In this document: positions 1 through 12,251 of the stretch, in pieces
Numbering within the stretch: the stretch's first letter is position 1
How the letters are laid out: the number at the start of each line of letters is the position of its first letter
Assembly (NCBI RefSeq): GCF_006345805.1
Contig: NC_042998.1
Coordinates: 172,236,001 to 172,300,000, forward strand
DNA from: Octopus sinensis
Lineage: Eukaryota
Direction: 5' to 3'
Length of the DNA: 64,000 nucleotides
Notes under the pieces: model-generated
What the model was told of the DNA's origin: nothing
Seen by the model: the letters and a program-made list of their open reading frames with translations, nothing else
The model's database searches: none
Position numbers and translations under genes: made by a program

Positions 1-169
1 TTCTTTTACGGACTGTGATACTGGCATGTTAAATGTATTTTTTTTTTTGTCTGACTTTAAGGTAAAAACTAAAATATTTGCTTCAATAATCATATCTTTT
101 TCTGAAGACTGATTTAGTTGCACTCCCTGAAGGAAATTTTGAACAAATTTTAAAGAATAATATCGTCTA

Positions 170-1195
170 AAACATAAGTGATGCTCACTACTGTCTCTAG
201 AGATCTTTACTAGCTGCCATCAGTATTAGTTAGTGGACTGAAACCTTTTGGCATTTTGCTATTTTGGAAATATGGCATAGTCTGGGGAAGGCCAGATTGA
301 TTTTTGATAGATTGGAAGCTTGAGTGTGGTTACTCAAGCTGCAAGTGCATTGCTGGGTTGGGGCTTGAGCAGATAGATATAAGGTAGTTTAAGTAATGCT
401 TGAAGTATTATTATATAGACAAGAATAGCTAGCTGTAACATTCTGAGCATTAAAACCATTGTGGTATTTGTGTGTGGTTAGTAAAGTAGTTCTTTACAAG
501 AAATAGGAAGTTCCTGGCAGTAGTTATCATGGCATATCAATTATGAGGGTGATTACACCTGACTTACTTTCAGCTGTCTGGTAATCCTTGGGCATGGGGA
601 TAGATTGGATATATATATACACACTCACACACATACATATAAAGTAAAAGCACTTTTTAGGTAAGGTATTGTTATTGTAGGGGGCTGTTTTGTTAGAAAT
701 TTATTCATTGTAGGAAAAGTAGGAGACTCTTATTGATGCTTGTTAGTAGGTTCCTAATTATAGCTGGGGGGGTGATAGTTCTTATGGATGTCTACTGTTT
801 CCTTGTTAGGTTTCATATATGTGTGGTGCTTACCTGTCTTACAAGCTAATGTAATATCCAAGAAATTGGCTATCATTTGGTTGGTGGAGAGGGGCATATT
901 GAAAAGGTTTGGTTTTTCTACTACAATTTTCATAAAAGTGGTGTGCTGATCAAGTATTCATGTTACATGTGAGAGGGAAGCAAGTGAAGAAGCAAAAAGG
1001 ATTTTTTTCCCCCTGAATAACTAACCAACATAATATTAATAACTTGTTTTTAACAGTTCATCATACTAAGGGGAAGTAATTCAGAAAGGAGCTGTTGGGA
1101 ATCATAGTGGTGTTGGCTATGGTGATATTGAAGACAGCAGAGGGGAACAATTTTGAACATAATTTCTGTTTGCTTTTTCATTTGCTTTAGACTAA
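170..1195 (-). mobile_element. Degenerate Penelope-like (RT + GIY-YIG) retroelement
   Basis: Minus-strand fragments IANFLDITLACKTGKHHTYMKPNKETVDIHKN-HPP and ARNFLFLVKNYF..YHNGFNAQNVTASYSCL resemble the PLE RT C-terminus and linker (recalled NFLDVT..YRKPN..IHKNSNHPP; KIFN..VKVSYSC). Many stops and frameshifts. Confidence 0.6.
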
Positions 1196-1204
1196 AATTC
1201 ACCA

Positions 1205-2703
1205 TTATCATCGTTTAACGTCCGCTTTCTATGCTAGCATGGGTTGGACAATCTGACTGAGTACTGGCGAACCAGATGGCTTCACCAGGTTCTAATCTAA
1301 CCTGGCAGAGTTTCTACAGCTGGATGCCCTTCCTAACGCCGCCCACTCCAAGAGTGTAGTGGGTGCTTTTACATGCCACTGGCATGAGGCCAGTCAGTTG
1401 GTACTGGCAATGGCCACGCTCAAGTGTTTTTTACATGCCACCTGCACAGGAGCCAGTCCAGCGGCACTGGCAACGACCTTGCTCGAATGTTTTTCATGTG
1501 CCAGTAAGGCGATGCTACTAATGACCATGTTTGAATGGTGCTTTTTACGTGCCACCGGCACAGAAGCCAGTCAGCTGCTCTGGCAGCGATCACACTTGGA
1601 TGGTGCTGTCAGCGCTCTACTGGCATGGGTGCCAGTCATCAAATTTGAAAATTTGCTTTGATTTTGATTTCGCTTGTCTCAACAGGTCTTCACAAACAGA
1701 GTTTAGTGTTCAATGTAGGAAAGGTACCTATAAGTGGGCTGGTTACACCCCTGGCATAGCCCACAGGTTATGGTTATCCTCATCCATTCTCACCACATGA
1801 CCAAACCAGCGCAGTCGTCTCTCTTGCACACCACATCTGATGCTTCTTAGGTCCAACTTTTCTCTCAAAGTACTTACACTCTGTTGAGTATGCACACTGA
1901 CATTACACAACCATCGGAGCATACTGGCTCCATTCCTTGTGAGCTTACGCATATCCTCAGCAGTCATGGCCCATGTTTCACTGCCATGTAGCATGGCTGT
2001 TCATACACATGCGTCATACAGTCTACCTTTTACTCTGAGCGAGATGCCCTTTGTCACTTGTAGAGGTAAGAGCTCTCTGAACTCTCTGTTTATTGCCCTG
2101 AGCATCTGCCACATACAAAAACTATCTTCCCAGTTAGCCTTCCTTTGATGTTGTTGCACCTCTTATGTCTCCATAGCTTACACTGGGCACATCTTATAGA
2201 GTTTCTACCTACACCTTTTCTACAGATCGAGCAGGGCCATCTACCTGAAGAAATTTGTGGTTTGTCTGCCTTCCTACTTATTAGGACTTTGGTTTTAGCT
2301 AGGTTGACTCTAAGGCTCTTCGATTCTAATCCTTGTTTCTACACCTGAAACTTCTCCTCTAGTTCTGATAATGACTCAGCAATTAGAGCAAGGTCGTCAG
2401 CATAGAGGAGCTCCCAGGGGCATCCTGTCTTGAATTTCTCTGTTATTGTCTGGAAGACTATGATAAATAGGAGGGGGCTGAGGACTGAACTTTGGTGGAC
2501 CCTACCTCTACTTGGAATTCTTCACAGCAAACCCTCACCTTACTGACGGTGTCCCTGTACATGGCTTGCACAGCTCTCACTAACCATTCCTCTATCCCTA
2601 GTTTCCTCATTGACCACCAGATAAGGGATTGGGGGACCCTGTCAAAGGCTTTCTCCATGTCAACGAAAGCCAGGTACAGAGATTTATCTTTGGCTAGGTA
2701 TTT
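1205..2703 (-). mobile_element. 5'-truncated RTE-clade LINE (RT, PHD-like finger, 3'UTR with tandem subrepeats, GAT-type tail)
   Basis: YLAFVDMEKAFDRVP, WELLYADDLALIAES, MLHGSETWAM, RRLRWFGHVVRM. The 3'UTR (1205-~1700) is the sequence repeated as short tails across the window. Confidence 0.92.
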
Positions 2704-2859
2704 AAAATTTGTCATGCTGATTTCAAAACTGCAGTCAATTTTCAACTATCACATCAGGTTTTTTTTTCTACAACTTAATCTCTGAATAAGTACAATTGTG
2801 TTGTTTTTTCATAAGTAATAGGGCTGGTCAGCTGCTTTCATTATTTTATAACATGGAGG

Positions 2860-3348
2860 AACATTTAAAAAAAAAATATTTAGTTGTCTTGCTTTTTACA
2901 AATAGTCCTACTTAATTTAATGGTGCTGGGTTTAGAAATTTTCTATCATATCAATTTTTTTTTTTGTTAAACAGGAATTCACAACTGCACCAAAAGCATT
3001 CCATGCTTCTTTTTAATGCCAGAAACATGGTCTCCCAGGACTGCTCATCTTGTAATAGCCTTTTAATCTGTGGCCTATTAAACACACCAACTTTAATTTT
3101 CTCACAAGAAAAAGCTAGAAACTCACTGCTTAAATATTTGAAACAGTCAATGTCTGTGTTTCAACACACGTTTTGCACACTATAGGAGGTGTCCAGGCTT
3201 TGTCTTGATCACCCAGTTTCATGCTAAAGTATGGTAAGGTTTCTTCATAAAATCTGATTTTACTTCACTGCTGAGATAAAGTGTAACGCACACAGATATA
3301 GTAGAAGACATTGGGGCTGTTTTTGCATTTTCTCTCACAACTGGCCAT
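2860..3348 (-). mobile_element. Internally deleted CMC/Chapaev-type transposase remnant
   Basis: ATG at 3348: MASCERKCKNSPNVFYYIC, then MKLGDQDKAWTPPIVCKTCVE and EKIKVGVFNRPQIKRLLQD..EAWNAF. These motifs are recalled from Chapaev-like transposases. Confidence 0.6.
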
Positions 3349-3599
3349 ATTTCTGAAACGCAAAACATATTGAGCCAGTTGTCAGCTGGGAAAGGCATTT
3401 TTAGTATTGTCAACTGTTATAAAGTAAGTAAATACAGATTTGTGATGGTAAAATTCTATAAAGAGCATACATACCATGAAGTTCTTTCTACAGTTCTTTG
3501 ACTATGCTTGACAAAAAGTGACCTTGACCCATGTGACCTCACAACATTAAGGGGTGCATCTAAAATACAATTTTCGTAAATAGTTAAAGGTTCAACAAA

Positions 3600-4100
3600 C
3601 CAGGTCTCATCTGGTTTGTCATGATAGTTCCATTAAATCAAGCACAGTATGGTGATATCTGCAGACAAATTCCACAAATATGAGGCATATTATGTCAAGG
3701 ACCACAGAAATGTGCTTATTAACATCTAATTGTATAAAGGATATTTGTCATCATGGCATTTAAAGTTGGTTCCATTGAAATTAGTGAAGTTACTCATGTT
3801 TGCTGCGCTTTATTTACTGAAGATACTTAAATCATGACTTCTGTTTTCACTTTTGTAATTGCATTTACTTCAAATGATATTGAAAAACTGTTTTCAGTGT
3901 TATGTCATGCTCCATACATGAGTCTGAATTTGATGAAGCCAAATCTATCATTAGAAATAGTGATAATACTGGAAATGTTGCAAAATGGATATTTGAGTTT
4001 GTAAAAAATCTTTGTGATAAAGCAAAATGGATTTCATTTTTGAAATCAGTGTCACAAAATTACTTGCAAAAATGTCAACACCAGATGACAAAAGCCATGT
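3600..4100 (+). mobile_element. Possible old Tc1/mariner remnant
   Basis: Weak motifs only (VLCHAPY resembling HPPYSPDL); no TIRs seen. Confidence 0.3.
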
Positions 4101-4804
4101 TCTCCAATGTAATAAATGGAGGGAGGGGGAAAAATTGTTGTTTGTTATTAGTGGTTGTGTTGGTATGGTAGTGGCGGCATAGCAGTCACCCCACAACCAT
4201 AACTCAATATATTTTTGTAACGATTTTTAGTAAAATTTGAAATAAACATGTAAATATTTGTAGTTCATCAATGGTTTCAAAATTAGAGAGCAGATTATAA
4301 TAAAACCTTAATCATGAGTAAAATAGAAACTTGTTAACTTTTATAAAATTAGTTAAAGAATGAATTATTATTGAATTGAACTTATTTGTATTGCATGTTG
4401 TCAAATACTTTGAAAAATTAGCTAATGTTTGAATTAAAAATAAAGAAGTGTAATATGTTAATATCTTTAGATTTTTATGATTACATTACGAAAATAATTC
4501 ATGTTTCCCATGGTGGTGGTGATTGTTGTAAGAAGACAGTGGTAAAGAATATTAGACTAGAATTTATATTTTTAAAACTTGTCTTATTTGGCTCATGCAA
4601 AGACTGAATCTGGACATTCTCTTCATAAATTTCAACATCCAAAAAGTACCCATTCCATGCTGTAACAACTGTTTGCTTATTGTTAGTGTGACTAGTGTTT
4701 TTTTTTTTTATATATATATTTGTTTGTTTCTTATAGGTAGTCATGTTAGTAATGGAACTGGTGGGTTTATTATTCTCTGCTTCATATTTTTCTTTTATTA
4801 TTCT

Positions 4805-5000
4805 CTTACAGTGATTATCATCATCATTAATGTCTGTTGTCCATACTGACATGTGTTGCATGGTTTGACCAGTGCTGGCATGCTGGAGAGCCTCACCAGA
4901 CTCTAGTCTCCTTTGGCACAGTTTCTATGGTTGGATGCCCTTCCTAACACCAGCCACTTTACAGAGTGTACTGGGTGCTTTTACGTAGTTCTGCCATGAG
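4805..5000 (-). mobile_element. RTE 3'-tail fragment
   Basis: atcatcatc...ggatgcccttcctaacaccagccactttacagagtgtactgggtgcttttac, homologous to 1205-1370. Confidence 0.75.
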
Positions 5001-6530
5001 TGCTTTACACCACCAGAGGGATCAATTTTCAAACTTCTGCCATGGAGTACGGGTCTTATGTTTGACTAGTTACAGTTGTATTTATTAAATACTTCATATT
5101 TCCATATCTATAAACAAACTGTTAATTAATATTGTGCTACATTGGTATGAAGTAACATTTAGTTGATATAAGGCTATAACAGATTCCACGCTGAAGGAAA
5201 TTTAAATGTATGGCAAGTCATAGCATGTGGAACATACAGGAAAATCCTTATGAATCTACACAAGAATACCATGTGTATGTGCACCCAGCTTGCTTTTAGA
5301 ATACATACAAACATACAAGAGTCTGATGCCATGGGTAAAAAAGCTAAAAGGAAAAATATAAGTTTATCATCAAAATTTTTCATATGTATGTATGTGTGTA
5401 AACAAACACACGCACATTCCCCCTCCCTCTCTCTTGCATGTAAATATTATAGTTTGAGTCACTTCAGTTGCTTGTCTGCCTGGTATATATGTGATTGTCT
5501 TTCTCTATGTGTATAAATGTATGCCTCCATGTAGGAGACCTCCAAAGGATATCTTACTACTGCCACTTCTATGACAGTGGTAAAAACCCCAAAACAGTGT
5601 TGCTGGCTAAACTAAAAGCTTAAATGATACTCCACCATCCCTAACACATGCAGACTTGTGTATGTATGTGTATGCACATGAATTTGGATATGTGTGTATG
5701 TGATTGTGTTTACATGTGTAATGTGAGTGAACATATCTATAAATGCATGTTTGTGTGTGTAAAACTTTTTTAGTATGTCTTTTGACACCTCCCACTCCCT
5801 GCTATTTCTTTATGAAGTATCTAAAGAAATCAGCTGCAATTTCCACCTATTTGCAGTTTATATTGATCATGTTCAATATACAATCTTTCCACCTTACACG
5901 TCATTCCACATTTCATGTTCCACAATTGATATTAGAACTATACATTTCAGTTGTTAATAAAATACTTTTGTTATTCATCACTGTATATCCTAGAAATAGT
6001 AGCTACATAATTTAAAAGAAATCCACTCCTATTATCATTGGAAATAAAATGACTGTGGATACAGATATTAAGGAAAATGGAACTTGGGAACAAATAGAAA
6101 AAAAGGAGTGACTAAAAAAAAAAAACAAAGTGAAAAGATAATAAAGTCTATCCTATGTAGAAGACAGATAGAATGCATGAGTAATAGAGACGAGGAGAAA
6201 ACTAGGGCATATCCATATGTCTCTATGTATGTGTATGTGCAAGATATATATATATGGAGAGTGTGTCACATTCTATAATGTATATTTTACAATTTTTTTA
6301 TGTTAGATGTTTCAACATCTTCTTGCTAAAAATAACAGCCACATATCTATCAGCCCAATTATACATCTGTTTAAGAAATAATGTGGGACAAAAAAAAAAA
6401 AAAAAAGTAAAGCAAGAGTGAAATATGCAAGGAAAGAAGTACAAATTTATGATATTTTTCCTTTTCTCATTCTTTTTCTGTTTTGCAACTCACTTGGTGA
6501 CCTCCCCAGTGCCATTGGCTCAATAGAACG

Positions 6531-6569
<39 letters not shown>

Positions 6570-6714
6570 CCCAGTGCACACTAAAAAAGTTGGTGTTAGG
6601 AAGGGTGTCCAGCTTTAGAAAACATGTGAAAGCTGACACTGAAGCTTGACAGCTTGCTGGATTCTGTCACACCCTGTATGGGAAAGGGATGTTAAATGAT
6701 GATGATGATGATGA
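6570..6714 (+). mobile_element. RTE 3'-tail fragment with (GAT)n tail
   Basis: gttggtgttaggaagggtgtccagc...gatgttaaatgatgatgatgatgatg. Confidence 0.75.
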
Positions 6715-7714
6715 ACAATGAAAGTATGAATATTGTTAGGGATAATATTAAATTCATGGAGTCATTAACTTGTTTTCTCACTAATATGATTGAACACTTG
6801 GGAAAATGGTAACCATTCTTTTAAAATTGTGTTGCAAGCAAGCAACAACTTTACTAAGTCACCTGGATGAATTCAAATAGTATGAATTACACAGAAATGA
6901 TACTTAGATCAACTTATGTTAGCTTTCATTTGAACAACTAAACATTTCTGCTGATAAACAATTCTTGAGCTAACAACTGTAGTGTCATTGTCTCTTTTTC
7001 TAAATTTCTTGTTTTCATAACTTCTTCCTAATTTGGGGTTAGAACCCTGTTTTTATGGCAGTGTCCTGTCTATTTCTTTGTCTAACACAGTGGCTATCAC
7101 TGGAGTGTGTTCTCTTTAAAACATTGAATGCAAAAATGTTTATCATTGTTTTTAAATCTCTCTCTTTCACCTTTCTCTATTTATCAAACCTCTTTCTCTA
7201 CCTATTTAACTTTCTATCAACCTTCTAAATAGCCAGTCATGTTTATCCCATAAATGGGATAGACATGACTGGAGATGTCTATCATCATAACCTGGTCACA
7301 AAACTATTGAATGTAAAATGCCAAGGTTTCACTAACTTTGATTCAAGATTCCTTCAGCTGCCTATCTACATACACACTTCATTCACTTTTATGCTTGCCT
7401 GTATAACTACTTCTATCAAGAATAGATCATCCACCTTACTTTTTAACATATACTTTCTGTGCTGACATGACTTGAACAGATTGTCAAGTTGGAGTCCTTG
7501 TGTACAATTAGGATACTCCTCAGCAGATTGAAGGACCACATCTTGCTTAAATGTTTCAGTTTTGGTTTGGTTTCTATGATTGGATACCATTCCTATCTCC
7601 AGTGACTTTACAAAGTGTACTGGATGCATTTTATTGTGACATGAGCAATAATAGATCCATATATGTATATGTTGTGGCACAGCACCACATATTTAGTAAG
7701 TTATAGTGGTTGAT

Positions 7715-7830
7715 TATGTGAATGAGTGAGCATATATGTACACAGGCACTTATATGCTCACTCATTCACATAGATAGGTAGGCAAAATTTGTATGTACAC
7801 AGGCACTTACAAATTCTGCCTACCTATCTA
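7715..7830. repeat. Tandem double hairpin with identical 14-nt loops
   Basis: Arms 7715-7736/7751-7772 (22 bp perfect) and 7771-7793/7808-7830 (23 bp, 1 mismatch); both loops are TGTACACAGGCACT. Confidence 0.97.
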
Positions 7831-8090
7831 CCTTTTTATTTTCACGAACATGCTCTAAATAATTGTCATATATAAAAACCAGTCAGTGTGTTTACAATGG
7901 TATGTAAGTATACATGTATTTATATATGGAGGTTTTTATAATTATGAAAATTGTGAGCATTTACTGAACTAAGGCCTCACTAACTGTAATCTGATATTTA
8001 TAATAATTGTATTGACTGTGACTGATGAGGCCAACTACTGGTGGGACTTTGAAGTAACTGTCAATAAAATGTGTGTGTGTGTGTGTGTGT

Positions 8091-8403
8091 GCAGAGGCAT
8101 GGCTGTGTAGTAAGAAGTTTGCTTCCCAACCACATGGTTCTTGGTCAAGTCCCACTGCATGGCACCTCTGGTAAGTGTCTTCTACAGCCTTGGGTTGACC
8201 AAATCCTTGTGAGTGGATTTGATAGGCAGAAACTGAAAGAAGCTTGTCATGTGTGTGTGTGTGTGTCTTTGTGTTTGTCTCTCGCCACCGATTGACAATT
8301 TGTGTTGATTTGTTTACACCCACTTAACTTGGAATTCATTTGACTAAAGATCGTCGGGATGGTACTCCAGTATGGCCACAGTCTAATGACTGAAACAATT
8401 AAA
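8091..8403 (+). mobile_element. tRNA-derived SINE (octopus-type family 1)
   Basis: A-box-like ggcatggctgtgtag, B-box-like region, central ggatttgataggcagaaactgaaagaagc, (GT)n, and tail ggtactccagtatggccacagtctaatgactgaaac. Confidence 0.85.
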
Positions 8404-8889
8404 ATATATACATATATATTCTCACACATCTGTAATTTTAAATAATACTAGCTTAAAGTTCCCATATGCTCTTCATGCCACCAACCCTTTTGTAGTAAAG
8501 ATATTTTGTGATGTTTGTGTCCACTTCTCTACACTTACATGAATTGGGTGGATCTTCTTTTGCACATTTTCTTGTCACTTGTTACAATTATTTTAACTAA
8601 TTATTTAACTTTTGTGGAAGGTTTAACAAAATTTATCTTTCTGGTCATGTGTGCCTAGTTCCTCATGCACACTGACATTATACATTTAGCTGAGTATACT
8701 TGCTTTTTATATGTGATGAATAGGCGATAATGACGCAGATAAACAAACCTGCTTGGGTTAGATATGCAACATCATCATCATTTGACAGGAGCTGACAGAC
8801 AGAAGACCGCACCGCGTGCGCGCATATAATCTAGAAAACAAAGACTGAAAATTTTCAGGTACTGAATAATCAAGTATAAATATATAGAT

Positions 8890-9530
8890 AGTTATATATT
8901 AACGAAGCAAATTTACAGAGTAAAAGACACAGAAAGTTAATAGGGAAAAGGTATGGTGTTACATCAATCTTATGGCAGGAAATAAGGGAGAAAGAAGTGA
9001 TCAGTGACTGGATTAAGAGAAAAGAAAAGATGTAGCTGAAAAGGTGGTACAGTGGGTTGTTTTGGGGGAAGTCTAGTGTTCCCTAACATGAGGGGTGAGC
9101 ATGAACACAAGGTACCAAGGAACGAGCAGTAGACCAGAGTGGAGGGAAAGTGTTGGCCTGCAGGTGAGTCAGAGGGTAAACACTTAGATATGTTGGGGTT
9201 GAAGAAGCAGGGAAGCGATGGGAGAGGGGAAAAAATAAGAGGTAAGTAGATGCTGGTGGGTACTATAGTAAGAGGGAAAACACTGTGTGAATGCTGTGAA
9301 AACATTGTAGCTAGCAAGACAGTGAAGAAGGAGAGAATGGTGGGTAGAAGTAATGGCTAGTACAGGAGAAAGGCTTAGAGGGCATCCTGGAGGTGTAAGT
9401 GTGAGTGGTGAGTAAAAGGTAAATGATGGTGGATCACTGTAAACCCAAGAGAGTGTGCTGTTAGTGATGAAAAGATGGCAGTCCTGGAGGGGAGGTGTAG
9501 CGATGAGCAATGTGGGCTTGCTGGAAGCAG
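8890..9530 (-). mobile_element. Penelope-like element 3' region (pyrimidine-rich on the minus strand)
   Basis: Ends ctctgtaaatttgcttcgttaatatata on the minus strand, bounded by (CA)n. Classification is from recalled similarity only. Confidence 0.4.
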
Positions 9531-9531
9531 T

Positions 9532-9564
<33 letters not shown>

Positions 9565-9719
9565 CTTGTCCTAATGTGTTGCAGCTTCTGTTCAGCTGTG
9601 ACTCAGTTTTGCAGGTTTCTCACAGAAGCCTAGCTCATTCAAGCTTAGATTACTGAATGGAAAAATACAGGAAGTTCATACACACATATGATTGGAGTGT
9701 TTTTATATAGATGTGGGAA

Positions 9720-9930
9720 ATTCTGTCTGTGGGTGCGTTTGTGGAGTTGTTAGCTAACTCCTCCTACATCGTTTTATCGATTTTGATGAAACTTGATATG
9801 TGAGACCTCATGTCTAGAAACCTCATGGCATACTCAGATTGTTGAACAAATTGATAATAGAGCCCCTGGAAGGGATCCTTATATATAGCCAAGGGAAATA
9901 ACCCATTAATTTTCCTAAATTATTTGGTAA
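9720..9930 (+). mobile_element. Possible Helentron-associated (HINE/DINE-1-like) fragment
   Basis: ctgtctgt...gctaactcctcctacatcgttttatcgattttgatgaaacttgatatg resembles the HINE core motif. Confidence 0.35.
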
Positions 9931-9934
9931 AAAT

Positions 9935-10842
9935 GAAATTGAGTGCGATGTGTGGCTGAGCGTTGACGTGGAGAAGAATTGGTCCTTTTCTGTTGACCAA
10001 TGCTGGCTGTTATTGTTGGAGTTTCTTATGCATTTCATCCATTTGCTAACAGTACTTCTCTGCTGTAATGGTTTCACCTGGATTCAAAAAGCTGTGATGG
10101 ATAATTAGGGATGAATAGTCACTATGACCTTCTTTTGGTGCAATTTTGGCTTATGGAAGTGCAAAACCAACCACTGTGCTGAGCCTTATCGTAAAGATTG
10201 CACTTTTCATTGCAAGTCACAATCTGGTCAAGAAACGGGGTCATTCTTGTTGCGTAAAAGGAGGGAAGATGACACTTCAAAACAGCGTTTTTTTTGGTTG
10301 TTGTTCAATTTGTGCAGCACCCATTTCTCAAGTATTTTTGTTTTTCCAATCTCTCGAGTGGTTGGAAATTGTTGTATATGTTACGTCTAATTCAGAAATA
10401 AGCTCTCAGTTGTGTATGGATTGGCTTCTACTAAGGCTTTTAGTTGATCATTGCCAACATCCGATGGCTAACCACTATGCTTCTCGTCTTCAAGACTCTC
10501 GTCCCCGCTACGAAATTTCTTGAACCACCATTGTGCTGTACATACATTAATGGTTCCTGGGCCAAATACATTGTTGATATTGCAAGCTGTTTCAATAGCT
10601 TTTCAGCCTCGCTTGAACATAAGAAAATTGTGCAAATTTGCTTTTTGTCCACGTTGTATTTCAACGTTCTTCAAAAAATGGCCTAATTATTCAAAAAGAA
10701 AAAATGTAACACGATTAGATAGAGCGAAAAACGGGCTTTAAAATGATATATAAAGTCAAAATAATTTAATGAAAATTAATTTGAAAATATATAATTTAAA
10801 ACTAAAATTAAAAATTCTGCAAGAACTTTCTTGACAACCTAA
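9935..10842 (-). mobile_element. Mariner transposon, 3'-truncated
   Basis: 5' TIR on the minus strand TA|TTAGGTTGTCAAGAAAGTTC ends at 10842. Frameshifted transposase: ACNINNVFGPGTINVCTAQWWFKKFRSGDESLED, GPILLHVNAQPH. No second TIR found. Confidence 0.8.
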
Positions 10843-12251
10843 TAGTATGTTTGTGTGGATGTTTTCTAAGTTTGGAGTGTGAGTGGTCAAGTTGATATGA
10901 AAAGATATTGGTATCTTAGTGGTTAGCAGTTTTTAAACTTTGACTACTGCTATATAACTCTTAAATATGTATGTGGATACCATGGTGTGATGTAGTTCAT
11001 TGTTCTAAACTGGCTGGACTGTAAAATTTATAAGTGCTTCACTAGTCCTACTGACTTCAGTTCCTTTGATAGTAAATGTTAAATATAAGATAACAGCACT
11101 TTTAGACATACAAGAAAGCAGTAAGGGAATTGACTTATCAACAAATGTTCCTGCCTCTGCATCCAAGTCCCTTCTTATTTCTCTTGGGATGGTAATTAGG
11201 GATGAATTGTCACCCTTCAATTATTAACAATATTTCTGTGTTTTTTTTTTTTTTGGTTTTTTTCCTGTCTTTATTGGATGCCTTGCAGCTGTGGCTTAAT
11301 GCTAACACCAAGTTTTTGGCTGCAAAAGAACAAGAGAAAATGTAGCTTGAACAATTACACTTAATGGTCTTTAGGCCCCTGTTATGAATCCAAGAATCTT
11401 AAAAGATAATTCCTTTTCTGTGTGTGTGTGTTTGGCAGTTAGCAATTTGTAATCTGTTGGAATCGAAATTTTTGCAATTTTTTTTTACTTATCACTTTTA
11501 AGTTTTTATATTTCCAGTGTTATCCTCAGTCTGTTTTAGTCCCACTAAGTTCTCTCTCTCTATCTATATATAAAAACGCACTTCCGCCATATTAACCATT
11601 GCCAAAGTTTCTGCAACTGTACAACTGGGTACTTTTGACAATTCTAATGCCTTTATTTTGCCAATCAATGGGCATAAAATTATTTGTCATTAACCACAAA
11701 GGTAATGGAGTTTCCTTGTAATACCCTATCTTGTTGATTAATGAGGTAAAAGGCATCACTATGCAAATATTGGTAAACAATCAAGATTTGCTAATTCTTG
11801 AATAACTATTTGAGATTTTTTCCCTTTGCTTTATTTACTGTATTATTAACTTATCTAATATACTCTGTACTTTCCTGTTTTAGAAAGGAACTTCATCCCA
11901 ACATTATAACTAAACTCTAGTCTTGTTTCTGTAACTAATCAATTTAGTTGACCTTTCACTTAATTTCTGTAATCTTTGTTGTTGATATCTTTATCTTTTC
12001 AACTTATTTTCCATTGCTGTATATATATTTTAATTGCTTTAGATAATTACCTTGTCCCAAGTTTTATACCCTCCCCATTCTTTTTAATATCTAATCCAAA
12101 CTGGAAGTAATTTATTATGCCTGTCTGACTCGGCTCCGAAAGTTCTTTGAACTTGCAAAGTTGAAGTCAACATGAACAATAATAATACCTTGCAGTTTGT
12201 TTCCACAGTGCTATGTAAATTTCAAAAGACCATATTTTGAAGCTACTCCTC

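Noticed and set aside
1365-1640. CRISPR-like array of hairpin repeats
   Set aside because: Eukaryotic LINE 3'UTR: units are degenerate, the spacers are homologous to each other, and there are no cas genes.
1185-2720. Target-site duplication for the RTE (taaaattcaccat / taaaatttgtcat)
   Set aside because: Only 10/13 identical in AT-rich sequence; not reliable.
8025-8060. ctgatgaggcc hammerhead-like start
   Set aside because: No matching stem II partner followed by GAAA downstream.
9165-9175. CAG|GTGAGT as a recursive site
   Set aside because: Purine-rich upstream context with no polypyrimidine tract; lies within a TE.
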